Shown here: piece by piece, positions 25,401 to 27,417 of the stretch
How the letters are laid out: each line of letters opens with the position of its first letter
Numbering within the stretch: the first letter of the stretch is position 1
Virus record (IMG/VR): IMGVR_UViG_3300010043_000012
Location: 1 to 27,417 of that record
From: a virus
Lineage: Duplodnaviria > Caudoviricetes
Direction: 5' to 3' (one strand)
DNA length: 27,417 nucleotides
Notes under the pieces: model-generated
Seen by the model: only the letters and a program-made list of their open reading frames with translations
Databases searched by the model: none
Told to the model about the DNA's origin: nothing
Made by a program: the position numbers and the translations under genes

Positions 25401-26403
25401 AAATTCCAGGATTTATAAAATTTACAGATAATGGCCCAAACAACCCATATTGAAATGTCGCCCCGATTCCAGATCCAGATGTTGAGTCTTGTGTAAAAGC
25501 ATTTCCTGAAGGATTAGATGAAAAGTTTCCCCTTGATGTAATTGAAAATGAGAGTACACCAATTTGTAAATTTAAAGTTGCACCTAATAATCCTCCTCCC
25601 GTCACAGGTTCCGCTGCCGGAGTTGTCGGATTTACAGTATAATCCCCTGCAACAGATATTGAATCAACAGACGCAATCGCCCCGCTTGCAATCGTCACAT
25701 TTGCCTGGAATAACGTGCCTGTTCCTGTCGTTCCAGTCACAACAGCCGGGCCATTCGTCCCTCCAGATCCGCCTGAAGTAACAGTAGCAGAAACAACTTG
25801 CGTCGTTGAAACAGTTATAATAGCAGGAGAGAGTTGACTTCCTCCACTTAAATTAATGGTATCAGCAGGGGCATAAACACCAGATGTTCCAGAATTATTA
25901 AGCTGAAGTCCTAATAATGTTGTTGTAAGAACAGATAAAACCGCCTGAGTTGTATATATCCCACCAGCTAATGTAATCGTATCTCCACCATTATAAGAAC
26001 TATAAGTGAATGTGTTGTCTGGAGATGCAAATTTGCCACCTATTGCACTCGCCGTTATAACCGCAGGACTTGATTGCGTAATATTTGAAATAGGGATAAC
26101 ATTTTCAGTAACATAAGCGCCGTTTGAAACGACTCTCATATAAAAATTCCCGAATTCAAGAACCAATCCTTGTTCAACATTAAATTGAAATGGAATAGGC
26201 CGAAACGGATAAGTTCTCCCAGTTTGTTTTGAAAACCCGACAAAGGCCGTTCCTGCCCTAGAATATAAGCCCCCCTGATACCCAACATAAGTATTACGTG
26301 CTGTCGATGCCCCATTTCGATATCGCGCTTGATCAACCCTACCAAATAAAGCAGGAGCGATCTCGCCAGCAGTAAAATTAGTAAGAATAATAGGAGTGCT
26401 CAA
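22447..26403 (-). CDS. Tail tubular protein B / nozzle (gp12-like) with large insertions
   Basis: NFTAGEIAP.L.GR.D, RAGT.FV, LEFGNFYMR, FTQSANVM, YPAVVSYFQQR and WARHDT. The TTG start overlaps the upstream TGA. Confidence 0.9.
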   Translation of the reverse strand: MSTPIILTNFTAGEIAPALFGRVDQARYRNGASTARNTYVGYQGGLYSRAGTAFVGFSKQTGRTYPFRPIPFQFNVEQGLVLEFGNFYMRVVSNGAYVTENVIPISNITQSSPAVITASAIGGKFASPDNTFTYSSYNGGDTITLAGGIYTTQAVLSVLTTTLLGLQLNNSGTSGVYAPADTINLSGGSQLSPAIITVSTTQVVSATVTSGGSGGTNGPAVVTGTTGTGTLFQANVTIASGAIASVDSISVAGDYTVNPTTPAAEPVTGGGLLGATLNLQIGVLSFSITSRGNFSSNPSGNAFTQDSTSGSGIGATFQYGLFGPLSVNFINPGIYTVFPSNPVHQASTSGSGLGAQFIVSAVSVAPFNNGDWVFLSGIGGMTQLNGQTVVVGNSTPTSFSIFDVYGNPINSISYSPYTSGGDAARIYTTPAPYAEEDLAYLKFTQSANVMSLCCVNQKSKVEYPPYDLTRNSDTDWVFTEVLMEPTITPPTSISGTASPAPMGATSNTFYQYCVTAINANDGTESVASPIVSIPNAVDIAATTGSIKLTWSAVSGVGEYYVYKATPGYTYQPPVGALFGFVGAAYGTQFIDSNTVADFTQVPPEHLDPFARGQILAVNVISQGSGYTSASASIISATGSEAVLIPVIVNGAIVAFLVENNGRNYLPVDRIVITGNGTGATASLKVGPQTGTYPAVVSYFQQRRVYANTLNNPDTYFMSQPGSFTNFDRRIPTISTDSIIGSPWSVQVNGIQWLVNMPGGLIALTGLSAWQLTGVGGSSLNPQPFTPSNQEAQPQAYNGCSATVPPIRIVNDIVYVQSKGSIYRDASYNFYTNIYTGEDITVWNSHLFTGYEIIQHAWCEEPRKILWAVRSDGILLSLTYIKEQQIIGWARHDTNGIFYGVCSVTEPPVDALYACVQRNFPAGKAYVMERMDDRLWNSVEDCWCVDCGFQLSQPEPNANLDCSSPYGLGSITGVTNLMGGAGYSSFTTAFVVDDNGEGPGTGAVPTLTIVDGVITSITFSIGNQGQNYIFPELVITDPSNTGSGASARLTLNNLTKFTSSVPIFSPSNIGQVIRMGGGVANITGFIDDKNVLAQIIDPIVDIQPNSANFVNSQGLVQTQLSGSWTMTEPVSTLTNLQPLAGMVVTGLADGVVIPPTVVNPNGMITLSQPASSIIVGLGFQVQIQSPYIDLGEPTAQGQRKKISACTVRIEASLNVEIGCNQVDGSTLKPSQIAPVWNNMKLIPNKSRAPYNSLRQPLYTGDERIPLVGGYAIPGQASVQQEQPLPLQILAVIPEIWSGDSPEQRSPSMKKQGEGNKNER

Positions 26404-27299
26404 TAGACACTCCCATCAGAAAAACCTACAACATCCCATCCACCGCCCCACCCATCGCCATATCCTCCCCAAAACCCTATTCCTCCCGGTCCAACAGCGC
26501 CGCCCCCATATGCCGTACCCCATGATCGCACACGCATAAAATCTGGTAGATGATCAGTAGAAGATGTTCCTTCGTTTCCATCAGCAATACGCGCTGCATC
26601 AAGTTTTGCTTTTACAATTTTAATCTGCTCGCCTCGGATAGCCATGCCTATTTTTATATCTTTTGAAAGAGATAGCGCAACTTCACTAGCTAAATATGAA
26701 ACAAAGGCCCCTCTAAATAAGGCATCCCATAAACTGGGCTCACTTATAAAAGCAGTATAAATAGCCTGTGCATTTTGCATATTTGTCAAAATAACCGTTC
26801 GGCCTTGTTGGCCTTGTCCTTGTACTTCTTGATATTGAAGAGACGGGTCTGGCGGATAATTATAATCTGTTGCAACTAAGAAAGGCGCAGGAACAAGCCG
26901 CGTTCCGATTAAAGACGGAAGATTAGCCCCCGGAGCCGTTGTCGGTGGAGGTATTTGAATGTTATTTCCAGGAATGGGCGGATTCAAATATCCATTAAAT
27001 GGAATAAATCTCATTTTCATGCAATCAATAGGATATGAATATTCATATATCCACGGAATAGGGACCATATTACCAACATTTTGCGTCTGCCCACTCGCAT
27101 CAGCTAATAAAACAAGTGGAGCTGTTTTCCGTGCAAAATCCCAATTCGCGCCACGAAGCAATTGCCTAAGACACTGCCCATAAGCACGCAAACAAACTTT
27201 TGCCTCACGGGTTCCTTCCTCTAAATCACCTATTTCTATATCTGCCCCGATCCCAATGGCATCCAAAGCTTGATTTGCAATTGTTGCAGGAGTTGTCAT
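26400..27299 (-). CDS. Tail tubular protein A / adaptor (gp11-like)
   Basis: IANQAL..IG, LLR...WDFARKT..L, WIYEYSYPIDC and WDALF...LA. Confidence 0.88.
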   Translation of the reverse strand: MTTPATIANQALDAIGIGADIEIGDLEEGTREAKVCLRAYGQCLRQLLRGANWDFARKTAPLVLLADASGQTQNVGNMVPIPWIYEYSYPIDCMKMRFIPFNGYLNPPIPGNNIQIPPPTTAPGANLPSLIGTRLVPAPFLVATDYNYPPDPSLQYQEVQGQGQQGRTVILTNMQNAQAIYTAFISEPSLWDALFRGAFVSYLASEVALSLSKDIKIGMAIRGEQIKIVKAKLDAARIADGNEGTSSTDHLPDFMRVRSWGTAYGGGAVGPGGIGFWGGYGDGWGGGWDVVGFSDGSVY

Positions 27300-27301
27300 T
27301 A

Positions 27302-27415
27302 TTAACCCCTTTCATTTTCTGCTTGAGTTTTAGATGCAGTTTCGTCTGCTACTTCCATTTTAGCACTTTCCAATCCCATCAAAACAGGCGCTATTCGACG
27401 CCCTAAGGCAGAAGA
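27302..27415 (-). CDS. 3' end of an upstream gene, possibly a second adaptor-like protein
   Basis: Open frame ...SSALGRRIAPVLMGLESAKMEVADETASKTQAENERG* ending 2 nt before the adaptor ATG. Confidence 0.6.
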   Translation of the reverse strand, partial: SSALGRRIAPVLMGLESAKMEVADETASKTQAENERG

Positions 27416-27417
27416 AA

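Larger units (their letters stand above)
1..27417. mobile_element. Segment of a podovirus-type phage/prophage genome
   Basis: Every recognisable gene is phage-type: primase-helicase, SF2 helicase, RusA, AAA/SSB/nuclease module, tail tubular A/B, internal virion proteins, holin-like genes. Genes are tightly packed with overlapping stops and starts, and no host housekeeping genes are present. Confidence 0.95.

Noticed and set aside
13364-27406. Short antisense or alternative-frame ORFs (e.g. 13795-13986, 14310-14513, 18544-18741, 20398-20622, 22546-22889, 25542-25781, 26959-27183)
   Set aside because: They are shadows of long genes, without a convincing SD, compositional anomaly or protein-like sequence, unlike 15233-15541.

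Overview
The whole window is a segment of an AT-rich tailed-phage (or prophage) genome of podovirus type. The protein motifs suggest an alphaproteobacterial host, but this is inference. Left end (+): the 3' part of a repeat-containing tail-fibre-like gene and a signal-peptide-bearing small protein. 2.1-7.2 kb (-): replication operon (Prim-Pol/helicase fusion, Zn-finger protein, SF2 helicase). 7.28-7.45 kb: divergent promoter region with an exact 18-bp repeat. 7.5-12 kb (+): Cro-like HTH, RusA, a candidate structured ncRNA, AAA ATPase, DUF669-type SSB, two atypical tRNA-like genes, a Cas4/YqaJ-like nuclease, a lipoprotein and a tandem-HTH regulator. 12-27.4 kb (-): T7-like gene order of tail adaptor, nozzle and internal/ejection proteins, then holin-like genes. 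No integrase, polymerase, capsid or terminase is visible. Most notable: a tRNA-shaped gene whose anticodon loop is collapsed to a GUA triloop; a three-way-junction RNA whose loop is complementary to the hairpin-presented ribosome-binding site of the replication operon; an overprinted gene with its own SD inside the 1820-aa ejection protein; and a stand-alone lytic transglycosylase that duplicates a domain of the neighbouring ejection protein.
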